From a virus: 64,000 nt of DNA. This document shows, piece by piece, positions 35,745 through 45,807 of this stretch (position 1 is the first letter of the stretch; every line of letters begins with the position of its first letter). The notes below the pieces were generated by a model. It was given only the letters and a program-made list of their open reading frames with translations, ran no database searches and was not told where the DNA came from. The DNA lies in IMG/VR virus record IMGVR_UViG_3300049793_000366, positions 122,865-186,864 of that record; one strand, 5' to 3'. Both the position numbers and the translations under genes were made by a program.

Positions 35745-38700
35745 TTATAAACTTTGATTAGTGTTGCTATTTGATTGTGCTATTTGATTGACAACACTTT
35801 TTTGTGTCGGATCAGCTTCATCACATTCTATATAGTATTTATTATCCCATGTGCTTTTGAATATAAAATAGTGTTTGAAGCCATAGCCATATTCATCAAT
35901 CATTGGATAGATAGATTTTAAATCCTTAGCATCCTTTAGTTTAAGTATATTCTTCTTTCTGTTTATTTTTGAGAATTTTCTCTCTTTCATAATACCGAAA
36001 TTAGATAAGCTTGTATCAAATTTGCAATTGTGGTTATCTACCTTATTGAATAGTTCGATATCATAGAATATAGGCATATAATATCCACTGAATCTATATA
36101 GACTCGTAGTTGTTAGATTTTTAAGCCCGTGAATATTATCAACTACTAAATTATCACCTTTGTGTTGGATTATATTTGTAGCTAATGGTATATCATTATA
36201 GTAGTTTAATTCATTAGTAGATTTAACTGTACCTTTGTCTAATAAGAATTTTGCTTTAATTAAATTTTTATTTGGTGATACGGGTTCAACCTTATATGAG
36301 TTCAACTTCGTGGTTACTTGGTCTGGTGCTTCTGCTAATAATATAACAGGTAAATTAGTCCAATTGTATGATTGTGTTGCACCATCGATGTAGTATTTAA
36401 TCGTATCGCTGAATCCATACTTCTCACTCACATTATTCATATAGTTGATGAAGTTATTAGCAGTAAGTTTTGAGAATAATTCATTATATAAATCATCCCT
36501 CTCCTTATTCTTAATAGAAGTATAGGTGTTGTCATTTATGTAGATATGAAGAAGAATTTCCTTATTCTTGTTGTTTATATACATATTGATACCATTCTCT
36601 AATGTTGAGTTAGAAGTAGGTGATGTACAATAGTAATATCTACTATTGAATTTAATAATATTATTATTCGTTATACTATATGGTAGTGTTGTATCATCAA
36701 CCAATGAGTATTCACGAGTCCAAGATGCATTAGTTCCTGGTTCATCAAGATACGAACCAACTAACCTCCATAATATATCATTATGAACAGCGTATTTACC
36801 ATTCAATGCTACAATTGCTGGTGGTGTTATTTTACTCCATAATATTACCTTGTTCCATTTAAGTGTAGATGTCGGTAATGTATTATCTACTCTCCAAGAT
36901 TTAGATGTGAGTGGATAAGAACGGTTTGTCGATTTAAGTGACCTATAATATTCACCATTGAATATAATATATTCATTAGCATTGTAGTTTTGCTTTGGAT
37001 TCCAGAAGCTAACTGTACCAGCACTATATGAATAGTAATCACCGTGGTGATATACTGCGCTATCATAAACCACTGTTGGTGATAATGTATAAGTCTTGGT
37101 TGGATTCCATAATATAGATGTTATACCACTTATAGTTCCCCAAGATACCGTACCATTTGTATATCCAACATCTGTTGTTAATAGTGGTGTGAATAATGAT
37201 TGTGGTCCAACGGTTGTAGTAAGTGTTGAATTATTAAGTGTTGGGCTACCTGGATATACAGACATATTTGTTAGTGTATATGGTGTAGAACCTACGTAGA
37301 CGAATACAATGTCATTAAATATAAACTTCTCACCGAATGTGTATTCTTCTTCTTGATTAAACTGTGAGAATGTTTCCCATGTTAATTCATTCTTTATTGG
37401 AAATACAGACCCAGTTGCCGAATCAGCCATTAGTACGGAGAATTTATATCCTTCGTAATCATTTGTTGATTTAGTTATGATTGAATCAATAGACCCATTT
37501 TTAATAATTAGCTTATCAACATCATATAGATAAAACTTAATACCCTTAAATACTGTGTGATTAGTTATGACTGAATCCTTTGCGTTAAATCTTGAATACT
37601 TTTTAGTATTTCTAATAGTAGAACCACTATCTAATATTTCCTTCTTATCAAATAGAGAAGCGAAATAAGATATCGTACCAGAGTATGTACCTTGATATGC
37701 CCATGTAGCCGCAGTAGCAGCTATTCCAGTGAAGAATAAATCAGGATTAAATGTAAAAGAATCTATGTTTTTATTACTATCTAATATCTGTACGTGTAAA
37801 CTTTGCTCAACATAAGATGTTGTTGATGAATTTATTGTATAGAAATAATCTAAATTATTTTCCATACGTATAGGTCTTGTTTCATATACATTAGCAACCC
37901 TATTAAAGTCATCAGCTATAAATGAATTATTCAAACGATATTCCTCATCAAAATGAGAGTTTGAATGTTGATATCCCCATTTTGTTGACGTGATATTCTT
38001 TCTCCATAGTGAGTTAAGTTCATTATTGTGAACTTCAAATAACTCACCAGTAGCGATGTATTCAGATGATGTTGGTATATGTACTAATTCTTTATTAAAT
38101 ACATACTCACTAAGTCTTTGTGGGTACTCAAGTGAATCTATATCCTTAGAATATAATTTTAATTGTTGTGTATCGGTAAGTGAATCTGATTTTTCATATT
38201 CAAATTTCGAAAAGTTTGTATCAATGATAGATGTTTCAAAATCCTTAATATCAGAAAAGTAAACCTTGTATATTTTAAATACTGGTGGTTGATGGTCTTT
38301 ATCGATAATTAATGGTATAACCGTTTTATAAGCTGGGTCACCCTCGTTTATATAATATTCGAATGTTAATTCAGTAGATTTGAATCCATAATCAGATTGT
38401 ATGTGTAGAGATCCATTACTATCAACTCTTATTACGTGCCATTTATCATCTATCTCAATGACAAATAAATCACAGTTCTTAGCTTCGTTTATAAATTTAT
38501 TATAACTAGCTTGATTATTAACGAAAGTTAGTATGTTGCTTGAATCAACATTTATAATATTAGCATCTATTATACCTTCTAATCCAGATAAATCTAAATC
38601 AGATATAATTCTGTAATTTACAACGTTTAATAGTTGTAATTCATCAGTAGCTAAACCTTTTCTTGACTTAGTTCTTTTGTTTAATCTACGTGTATTTGTG

Positions 38701-39707
38701 AATTTCTCTACCTTATAAAAGATACCATTTATTTCAACATATGTATTCTCTGTCCACCCACCTACGAATGGATCTCCACCCTCTGACTCACTTATTATAT
38801 TACCCGCCGTGATAACTGTACCAGTTACTAATTTCTGAGCTTTATATGGTGACACTGAAAGAAATTCTTCTAATTTTTCAATATAAAATCCGAAGTATCT
38901 GTTTATTGACCATTTTCTTAAAGCCTTTGGTGTAGCTGGTGTATCATTGAATAAGAAACTAAAGTTTACTATATTTGGAAATACAACTTTATTGTTTCTA
39001 TAACCATCTGTGATAAGCGACTCGAATGAATGAAATGTTTGCTCAGTAGATATAGTCTCATCTAAGAAAAAAGACTTAGAACAATATCCACCTGATTCAT
39101 ATTCAATACCATTCCACTTAGAGAATTCTAAAGTTCTCCAATCTATTTCAAATGGTGCTGTTGGAAATGATGCATCGTCAACGAAGTTTCTTTTAATCCA
39201 TTCACCAACATTTGTTTTAGGAGTTAAGTCGAAAACAGTGACACATTTAAACTTATCTAATATCTCTGTCTTGAAATTATCCTTAGTTAAGTTTATAATA
39301 CCAGGACCATCTACTCTGAAAATAATGAAATTTTCCGGAATAGAAGACGGGTCTATATACAAAGGCGCAAAGCATTCAAATTCTTCTTGATAGAATGTAT
39401 CAGAGATATACTTACATCCCATTTGATATATGTCATCAAACTGATGCTCGAACGTGTTAAACATTTTATCGGCATCGTCTTCATATTTAACTTTGAAGGC
39501 AACATCAGCGGGTGTGTTCTTGTAAAAAAACGGAACCAATTCATTAAAGAAGTTATCCTTATTGAATAGTACGTGTTTATATTTAGAAGCACATAGTTCA
39601 GGACTTGATTCAATTGATTCTAAGTATAATGAATAACTTGCTGTTACTATTACTTTAGCATTTGTTGAAAGTGCTGGGTTTGCTCTAATTACCGAAAATG
39701 ATTTCAT
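35745..39707 (-). CDS. giant structural protein (1320 aa), putative tail or baseplate component
   Basis: Very long ORF rich in Asn/Ser/Thr/Tyr, beta-rich. No enzymatic motif recognised. Confidence 0.55.
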   Translation of the reverse strand: MKSFSVIRANPALSTNAKVIVTASYSLYLESIESSPELCASKYKHVLFNKDNFFNELVPFFYKNTPADVAFKVKYEDDADKMFNTFEHQFDDIYQMGCKYISDTFYQEEFECFAPLYIDPSSIPENFIIFRVDGPGIINLTKDNFKTEILDKFKCVTVFDLTPKTNVGEWIKRNFVDDASFPTAPFEIDWRTLEFSKWNGIEYESGGYCSKSFFLDETISTEQTFHSFESLITDGYRNNKVVFPNIVNFSFLFNDTPATPKALRKWSINRYFGFYIEKLEEFLSVSPYKAQKLVTGTVITAGNIISESEGGDPFVGGWTENTYVEINGIFYKVEKFTNTRRLNKRTKSRKGLATDELQLLNVVNYRIISDLDLSGLEGIIDANIINVDSSNILTFVNNQASYNKFINEAKNCDLFVIEIDDKWHVIRVDSNGSLHIQSDYGFKSTELTFEYYINEGDPAYKTVIPLIIDKDHQPPVFKIYKVYFSDIKDFETSIIDTNFSKFEYEKSDSLTDTQQLKLYSKDIDSLEYPQRLSEYVFNKELVHIPTSSEYIATGELFEVHNNELNSLWRKNITSTKWGYQHSNSHFDEEYRLNNSFIADDFNRVANVYETRPIRMENNLDYFYTINSSTTSYVEQSLHVQILDSNKNIDSFTFNPDLFFTGIAATAATWAYQGTYSGTISYFASLFDKKEILDSGSTIRNTKKYSRFNAKDSVITNHTVFKGIKFYLYDVDKLIIKNGSIDSIITKSTNDYEGYKFSVLMADSATGSVFPIKNELTWETFSQFNQEEEYTFGEKFIFNDIVFVYVGSTPYTLTNMSVYPGSPTLNNSTLTTTVGPQSLFTPLLTTDVGYTNGTVSWGTISGITSILWNPTKTYTLSPTVVYDSAVYHHGDYYSYSAGTVSFWNPKQNYNANEYIIFNGEYYRSLKSTNRSYPLTSKSWRVDNTLPTSTLKWNKVILWSKITPPAIVALNGKYAVHNDILWRLVGSYLDEPGTNASWTREYSLVDDTTLPYSITNNNIIKFNSRYYYCTSPTSNSTLENGINMYINNKNKEILLHIYINDNTYTSIKNKERDDLYNELFSKLTANNFINYMNNVSEKYGFSDTIKYYIDGATQSYNWTNLPVILLAEAPDQVTTKLNSYKVEPVSPNKNLIKAKFLLDKGTVKSTNELNYYNDIPLATNIIQHKGDNLVVDNIHGLKNLTTTSLYRFSGYYMPIFYDIELFNKVDNHNCKFDTSLSNFGIMKERKFSKINRKKNILKLKDAKDLKSIYPMIDEYGYGFKHYFIFKSTWDNKYYIECDEADPTQKSVVNQIAQSNSNTNQSL

Positions 39708-39710
39708 TTA

Positions 39711-42700
39711 TTATAATGATATGTTTTGTCCTGTTGGTAGGTTCGAAAGATTCTTTTGAACAGCTACTTTATTTCTACTTAAATTGAACTTAATTGTAAA
39801 CGTGAATGGTCTATTTTCAGCTTCATTTTCTAAGAAGAACTTTAACTTTTTAATATGTTTAACTGTTTGTGTAACGTTATTTAATACGATATACTTGTAG
39901 TTATTACCAGTTCCAGCATTCGGATCCAATGAATTCATCTTGAAATAGATATTGATTGGAATATTGATTGCGTTATTAGGACCACCTGGTACTGTGTGTA
40001 CTTTATCTGAATTAGTTTCAACTAATTTATCTAAGTCTTGAACTACTGGATGAATTGTTGTTAGTAATTTAGTTGTACTTGATACTGACACTGAATTCTC
40101 AACCCATTTACTTGTTTCAAGTAATGATGTATTTGAATTATTAAATGATAGTAAAGTAGTTTCAGAATAACCAATATTATATTCAGTAGATGCTAATGCT
40201 GGTACAATTGAATTGTTAGCATTTGTAGTAAATGCATTTCCAATATTATCAGCCAATTTAGTAACTGTTGATGTATCTTCGATTGTAGAGTAATTAACTG
40301 ACCAAGCAAACTGATTGTTCTTCTGTGTTAATGTTTTACCAGTTGTATTTGAAAACAATAGCTGATTTAATTCATTTACCCAGAAGATTTGAGGAGCCGC
40401 TGTGTTATATAACTCAGTACTTGTATTGTATATTCTACTTGATAATAATCCAAGTGGTGATTCAACTGATTTATTCTCAATCTTTAATAGGAAATCTTTA
40501 ATTACATAAATGTTGTTTTGATAAACACGTCCTGTTGGTACACCAGTATCACTGAATGTATCTAAGTAGTCTTCACACTCAACGTTGAATGTTATTTCAG
40601 AGTTATTCTTGATAACAAATGGTTGGTTATTTCTAAACATAGTTATTACAAGCTCACCCTTAGCACGTTTAATCTTCTCTTCTAAAGCGATTACTCTGTC
40701 TTGAAGAGATTTTAAATATCCGTGTAAGTCAATAGCAGTACCGTTATCATCTTTGAAACCAGATAAAATACTATCAGAACTTGTTACATATGTTTTATTT
40801 CCAACAACAGTGATACCATCTAATATTGTTGATAAACCTCTCGCATCAAGCTCAGATTGCATTCTAACTTTAAGCTCTTCTTGTGTAGCTTCTTTTAAAA
40901 TGAATTGGTCATCAGCCATAACATCATTTAAATCATCTGGGAAATCCAGTGATATGATTTGTGACCAATCAGATTCTACCGGAGATTCTGGCCAACCAAC
41001 TTCTGAAATTGATTTAATTCTTATTTCAACTCTTTCATTTGGTGAAATAGGAATATCTAACTGATTGATATTTGGAGTATCAGCATCAGAAACATCCTCT
41101 ATTGTCCATGAGTATTGTTTAGTTTTAGGATCCTGAATTCTTTTTCTAGCATCCGTTTTAATTTCTTTCCAATTTGAAAAGGCACCAGTTTTAATATTCT
41201 CACCATTTTTTACTGGCTTAAGTTTGAATGTTGTAGTAGTTGGCTCCTTACCATCTTTTGTTGTGTATTTATATTGTATTCTAAACTGAACAATTTCTTG
41301 AGGCTTAGTACCACGAGTTATAATTGCATCAGGAATAGTCCAGAATCCTCTTATGGAGAACTTCGGAGATTGCTTGCCTATACTTGTAGTCTTAGATATA
41401 TCTAATATATCCTTTACTAACGATGATTGTAAAGAAAGCTTTGATTCCTTTTGCTTTTGTAATTTATCTACTTCTAATTCGAATTGTTTTCTTTGTGCAT
41501 CAGATGTGAATCGAGTAACCTTTATTTGCTTATTCTTAGCAATTAATGAATCCGAAATTTGTTGAATTTCAGACTTTAAGTTTTTCTGTTCATTGTGCTT
41601 TGTCTTAATTAGATTACCATTTGGTGTATCTGTTAAGTGTTTATTTATTTGAACTACTTTAAAGTTATCAGCATTTAATGTTGGTGCTGGTGGCGTACCC
41701 GCTAATTGATTTGGTATCTTCTTAGCAACTAAGTCTTTTAATACTTCACCATAGTCATATACATTTTCAGTATAGAATTGTTCCATTGACTTACCATTGT
41801 TTGGGTCTTCTGAATTCAATCTAAGGTCATTAGTCCAATATCCAGTACCAAGACTCCAATCCTTAGCCAATAAGTGATTATCAGCATTTAGTGGCTTAAC
41901 GAAAACCACATTTCTCTCATCATATCCTACTGATATTTTAACGTTTTTATTAAAAACAACAGGTGAATATACTTTAAGCGTACCGATACCTACTGCAATC
42001 GGTTGTAAACCTTCAACTCTTTCAAATCTAACTCTGAAATTAGAAGCAAGTGTTGATACTTCAACCACTTTATATCTTGTTGTAGATATGTCTACATTAA
42101 CGATAACTTCGTCACCGTGTGCTAATTGTCTGATTTCATTTGTACCAGTAACTAAGTAGTCAATAGTATCTAAGTGATACCATAACTTTCTATTAAGTGT
42201 ATCTTGTTCTACTTTTATAACAGTGAATAAACCGTTGTATAATAATTCATTTGGGTCTAAGTCGAAGATTTGCTCATCGTAATTAGGTTCATTTGGACTT
42301 GTGATACCAGGTGTTGTTCTGTGCCAACGGTCAAACTCGTCTATTTTAATAGCAGTCTGCCCTCTGAATAATGTATTGAATGAATTTAAAGCAGATTGTC
42401 CTAAGTTGGTAAGATTACCCGCGTCATCCTTAGCGAATTCAACAATATATCTTCTAACTTGACACTTTCTAACATTATTTTCTATTTTACCATTTAAATC
42501 AATGATTATATTTAGCATTGGGTTTAGTAAACCATCAAAAATCCAGTTTTTGTTGGTAACAAAGGAACTTACTACGTTTAGTGAACCGATAGTAGCAGGC
42601 TCTCGGTTTAAATCAGCAGTAATTATCTTCTTAAATTTATTATTAGCTGGTTGTATAATAGATCCAGCAGAATCGATAGAATATAGGGTATTGATATTGT

Positions 42701-42911
42701 TGTTTAATCTATCAATTTCGGACTTTAAAAATCCAATGGTTGGTAGGTTAAATTGTCTCAAAACGCCATTCTCATCAGTTATTTTTACACTGATTGAGTT
42801 TTCTGTTGTTGTTACTAAATCGTTTAGTTTAGATAGTAATTCTACCGCATTGCGGTTATAACTTATGATTTGTTCTGCTACGGTTGTAAAGGAATTTCTT
42901 ATTGTTGACAT
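39711..42911 (-). CDS. giant structural protein (1066 aa), putative tail or baseplate component
   Basis: Very long ORF with a central coiled-coil segment (QKQKESKLSLQSSLVKD). No enzymatic motif recognised. Confidence 0.55.
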   Translation of the reverse strand: MSTIRNSFTTVAEQIISYNRNAVELLSKLNDLVTTTENSISVKITDENGVLRQFNLPTIGFLKSEIDRLNNNINTLYSIDSAGSIIQPANNKFKKIITADLNREPATIGSLNVVSSFVTNKNWIFDGLLNPMLNIIIDLNGKIENNVRKCQVRRYIVEFAKDDAGNLTNLGQSALNSFNTLFRGQTAIKIDEFDRWHRTTPGITSPNEPNYDEQIFDLDPNELLYNGLFTVIKVEQDTLNRKLWYHLDTIDYLVTGTNEIRQLAHGDEVIVNVDISTTRYKVVEVSTLASNFRVRFERVEGLQPIAVGIGTLKVYSPVVFNKNVKISVGYDERNVVFVKPLNADNHLLAKDWSLGTGYWTNDLRLNSEDPNNGKSMEQFYTENVYDYGEVLKDLVAKKIPNQLAGTPPAPTLNADNFKVVQINKHLTDTPNGNLIKTKHNEQKNLKSEIQQISDSLIAKNKQIKVTRFTSDAQRKQFELEVDKLQKQKESKLSLQSSLVKDILDISKTTSIGKQSPKFSIRGFWTIPDAIITRGTKPQEIVQFRIQYKYTTKDGKEPTTTTFKLKPVKNGENIKTGAFSNWKEIKTDARKRIQDPKTKQYSWTIEDVSDADTPNINQLDIPISPNERVEIRIKSISEVGWPESPVESDWSQIISLDFPDDLNDVMADDQFILKEATQEELKVRMQSELDARGLSTILDGITVVGNKTYVTSSDSILSGFKDDNGTAIDLHGYLKSLQDRVIALEEKIKRAKGELVITMFRNNQPFVIKNNSEITFNVECEDYLDTFSDTGVPTGRVYQNNIYVIKDFLLKIENKSVESPLGLLSSRIYNTSTELYNTAAPQIFWVNELNQLLFSNTTGKTLTQKNNQFAWSVNYSTIEDTSTVTKLADNIGNAFTTNANNSIVPALASTEYNIGYSETTLLSFNNSNTSLLETSKWVENSVSVSSTTKLLTTIHPVVQDLDKLVETNSDKVHTVPGGPNNAINIPINIYFKMNSLDPNAGTGNNYKYIVLNNVTQTVKHIKKLKFFLENEAENRPFTFTIKFNLSRNKVAVQKNLSNLPTGQNISL

Positions 42912-43024
42912 TTCTTCCTGCTAATTTTTTATTATATATAAAAAAAATATGGTTATGTACCATAGTTGGAATCGCTATTTGTGTGGATTTCGCCATTTGG
43001 ATTTTTTTGCTTATATTTGTAATT

Positions 43025-43342
43025 ATGGACAAATCTTGGTCATTAAAGAATAAGCGTGATATTGAAAATTTATTCAGTAAGGGTAAATCATATACATCTG
43101 GTTGCATTGTAGCCAGATATGTGGACTCGACTGAAACTAAGTTTCTATTCGCTGTTAGTACCCGTCTGTATAAGCGCGCCAATAAGAGAAATAGAGTTAA
43201 GAGGTTGATGCGTGTTGCTGTTGCTGAGATAAAGAATACGGTAGTCAACAAACACGTTGCTTTTATCTATATAGATACTGATATTAAATCATTAAGTGAT
43301 ATAAAAAATAGCATAGCTGGTCTTAAATGTCTGAACCCTTAG
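43025..43342 (+). CDS. rnpA: ribonuclease P protein component (RnpA)
   Basis: RNR motif region VSTRLYKRANKRNRVKRLMRVAV (A-x-x-RNR-h-KR). N-terminal SLKNKRDIENLFSKGKS is colinear with Bacteroidetes RnpA. About 105 aa from the internal Met; the 5' extension of the track ORF (42902) overlaps the upstream gene. Ends in TAG. Confidence 0.7.
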   Translation: MDKSWSLKNKRDIENLFSKGKSYTSGCIVARYVDSTETKFLFAVSTRLYKRANKRNRVKRLMRVAVAEIKNTVVNKHVAFIYIDTDIKSLSDIKNSIAGLKCLNP

Positions 43343-43650
43343 AGCGGATTAAATATGATATATTGTCGGATATGCTGATTGATATGCTGTCCATCGAAGA
43401 GTCATTTTATACCAAACATAAAGATAAACCATCGGTTAATTATGAGATAGTTAAACAATCTTGTAGGTTCAATATTGATGATAATGGAAAGAAGTCATTT
43501 GTTACATCCCTTAGTTCGTTGTATAAACACACTAAAAACTATGGGGCTAAACTACATAATCGAGGATTATATCATTTAAATGAAGAAGAGATAGAAATTG
43601 ATATTGATAAAAGAATAAATAGAGCTTACAATCTCAATAGATTATTATGA
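43327..43650 (+). CDS. hypothetical protein
   Basis: 107 aa ORF. Confidence 0.5.
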   Translation: MSEPLERIKYDILSDMLIDMLSIEESFYTKHKDKPSVNYEIVKQSCRFNIDDNGKKSFVTSLSSLYKHTKNYGAKLHNRGLYHLNEEEIEIDIDKRINRAYNLNRLL

Positions 43651-43997
43651 TAAAGATAGCATTAAATATTGGATATAGTAGCCCTAATTTTGGTGGCTCG
43701 ATACTGAATACCTTCCCATTTATGTGGGAATTTAATTCGGTTAGAGAGTGCTTTGACTGGATTAGAACACAAGCATTCAATTTTCTTACTTGGTCATATC
43801 ATCAACACGTACCTAAATCCTCTATGTGCTTATATTTATACATGGAAGATGAAGAGAATTTCTGGGAATATAAAATAATGTGTGCTAATATCAGAGAGTA
43901 TAAAGCTATTATGTCATACACCAGAGAAGACATTGAGGTTAAAATGAGGGAATCTACAATTGATAGTATTTTAATTGAAGAGAAAACAAATGATTAA
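43647..43997 (+). CDS. hypothetical protein
   Basis: 116 aa ORF. Confidence 0.5.
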   Translation: MIKIALNIGYSSPNFGGSILNTFPFMWEFNSVRECFDWIRTQAFNFLTWSYHQHVPKSSMCLYLYMEDEENFWEYKIMCANIREYKAIMSYTREDIEVKMRESTIDSILIEEKTND

Positions 43998-44017
43998 TAA
44001 AAATATATAACAATCCG

Positions 44018-44374
44018 ATGATAAGAAGTAAAATACTAAACTCTACATCACCAAAAGACTTAACGACTGATGGTAAACAGGTTGAATTAGTAACAATAGG
44101 ACTTTTTAGTACTACGACACAATTGTGGAAGTACTATGTTTGTTCAGTTGTTGGTAGTAACAATAATTATAAAATGACTACTGATTTACATACGTTTGCT
44201 TCCACTGCTACGAATGATAACGTTGAGAGCTATGGTAAGCAATTTAAAACAGTAGATGAAGCTAAGAAGTTTATAGATAACTTCAGAGATAAGTGGGAAA
44301 CAGGTTCGAATGAACCAAAGCAAGAAGTCCGAGACGCTAAGATTAAGGATATTCTACAAGAAACAGAAAATTAA
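44018..44374 (+). CDS. hypothetical protein
   Basis: 118 aa ORF. Confidence 0.5.
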   Translation: MIRSKILNSTSPKDLTTDGKQVELVTIGLFSTTTQLWKYYVCSVVGSNNNYKMTTDLHTFASTATNDNVESYGKQFKTVDEAKKFIDNFRDKWETGSNEPKQEVRDAKIKDILQETEN

Positions 44375-44376
44375 AT

Positions 44377-44718
44377 ATGTCAGAATCAAGAAAAGCATTT
44401 GAAAACACAATATCAGTTATACCTGATGGATTAGTAGATAAAAAAGCATTAATGGAAAAGACTTCCGTTTTTTGGGATTTCCAGGATTATGTAATGGCTA
44501 AATACAGCCTTACTGAAAAGGAATCAGAAGAAAAATTTAAATCTTATATTTTTACAAAGATGGCGGCTACACCAGAAAAGATGTCTGACCCATCTGCTTA
44601 TCTTGAGCATTTGCGTTTATACGCAGTAGAGTGTGGATTTACCAGTCCAGATAAGCTAGTAGAAGGTTTTCAGTATATGACTGACCTAAATGCTAAGATT
44701 AAAATGAGCGAAGATTAA
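44377..44718 (+). CDS. hypothetical protein
   Basis: 113 aa ORF. Confidence 0.5.
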   Translation: MSESRKAFENTISVIPDGLVDKKALMEKTSVFWDFQDYVMAKYSLTEKESEEKFKSYIFTKMAATPEKMSDPSAYLEHLRLYAVECGFTSPDKLVEGFQYMTDLNAKIKMSED

Positions 44719-44734
44719 CATTTTTTTAGAAAAA

Positions 44735-44768
44735 TATTTGCACAATCAAAAAAAGTGTTTTATATTTG
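44735..44768 (+). promoter_or_regulatory. promoter-like region with TATTTGCACAAT box and TATATTTG (-7 type) element
   Basis: TATTTGCACAAT (44735-44746) recurs verbatim at 48230-48241. TATATTTG lies at 44761-44768. Confidence 0.35.
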
Positions 44769-44893
44769 CAGAGTAAACAATTATTAATATATAAACTATA
44801 AACAAAAAACAAAACAACATGAAGTAGATTAACAACAAAAACGAAACCAAGCTGGTAACTGTAACCAGAGCTGATATAGCTCCTGGGTATCAA

Positions 44894-45184
44894 GTGGTTC
44901 AATCAGCACATTCAATTGCCGATTTCGCGGCTGAATTTCCACAAATTTTCTCCCAGTGGAAGATGGAGTCAAACTCTATCATTTGTCTTTCTGTGAAAGA
45001 TGAACAAGAATTACTAAAACTGTACGATAAGTTAAGAACGCAAGGTGTCTCTGTGGTCAAATTTTTTGAACCCGATATTGACGCTGATACTTCTATTTGC
45101 CTATATGGCACCCCAGAAGTTAGAAAGAAATTATCTAGCCTTCCATTGTCTTTGCGTACAAAAGAATCAGTATTAACAAACTAA
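44894..45184 (+). CDS. PTH2-family peptidyl-tRNA hydrolase (minimal GTG-started ORF; homology extends upstream)
   Basis: VQSAHSIADFA...SIICLSVKDEQELLKLYDKLRTQGVSVVKFFEPDID is colinear with the PTH2 core. The in-frame upstream codons KLVTVTRADIAPGY also match the PTH2 N-terminus, but contain no ATG/GTG/TTG. ATG-AAG-TAG lies at 44819-44827. Confidence 0.55.
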   Translation: MVQSAHSIADFAAEFPQIFSQWKMESNSIICLSVKDEQELLKLYDKLRTQGVSVVKFFEPDIDADTSICLYGTPEVRKKLSSLPLSLRTKESVLTN

Positions 45185-45235
45185 AAATCAAACAACATGA
45201 AAACAACTCACGATTTGTAGATTACATTCAAAGAA

Positions 45236-45796
45236 TTGCTCAGTGATATGAAGAACTGTGAGCAGACCAAAGGTCAGTCAGTTCTACAACATGGTATTTC
45301 TGTAAAGAACTACTTCTTTGATTTAATCAATCATTTAAAACATGGTACACCACTTAAATATACGTGGAAGTTACCGGATTGGGTCTATGAAAACAAAGAC
45401 CAATTATTATCGAGTCTACCTAATGATAGGACTCTAAAACTCTACACCATTCTACATGATTGTGGTAAGCCATATTCTCGTGTAGTTGATAGTGATGGAA
45501 AAGTACACTTCCCTAATCACGCTGAGATATCCTATCAAACATTCAAAAATCTTTATGATGATCCTATTGCCTCTTTTTTAATTAAAAGTGACATGGATAT
45601 ACACACCCTAAAATCTGATGGTGTTGAAGAATTTTCTAAAAATCCATATGCCTTAACGTTATTGTTGAGTGGCTTAGCCGAAATTCATTCAAATGCTCAG
45701 ATGTTTGGTGGTATAGATTCCACGTCCTTTAAAATTAAGTGGAAATGCATCAATCAAAGAGGTAAGCAAATTATTAATCAATTAAACAAAAAATAA
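45236..45796 (+). CDS. HD-domain phosphohydrolase
   Basis: H (LQHGISV), HD (ILHDCGKP) and H..H (HFPNHAE) motifs in order. Confidence 0.45.
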   Translation: MLSDMKNCEQTKGQSVLQHGISVKNYFFDLINHLKHGTPLKYTWKLPDWVYENKDQLLSSLPNDRTLKLYTILHDCGKPYSRVVDSDGKVHFPNHAEISYQTFKNLYDDPIASFLIKSDMDIHTLKSDGVEEFSKNPYALTLLLSGLAEIHSNAQMFGGIDSTSFKIKWKCINQRGKQIINQLNKK

Positions 45797-45807
45797 AAAC
45801 AGAAATC

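Noticed and set aside
42856-43251. Minus-strand ORF 42856..43251 and the 5' extension (42902..43024) of the rnpA-frame ORF
   Set aside because: Both overlap the end of the 1066 aa structural gene and are hydrophobic and low-complexity. The + frame from the internal Met carries the RnpA RNR signature.
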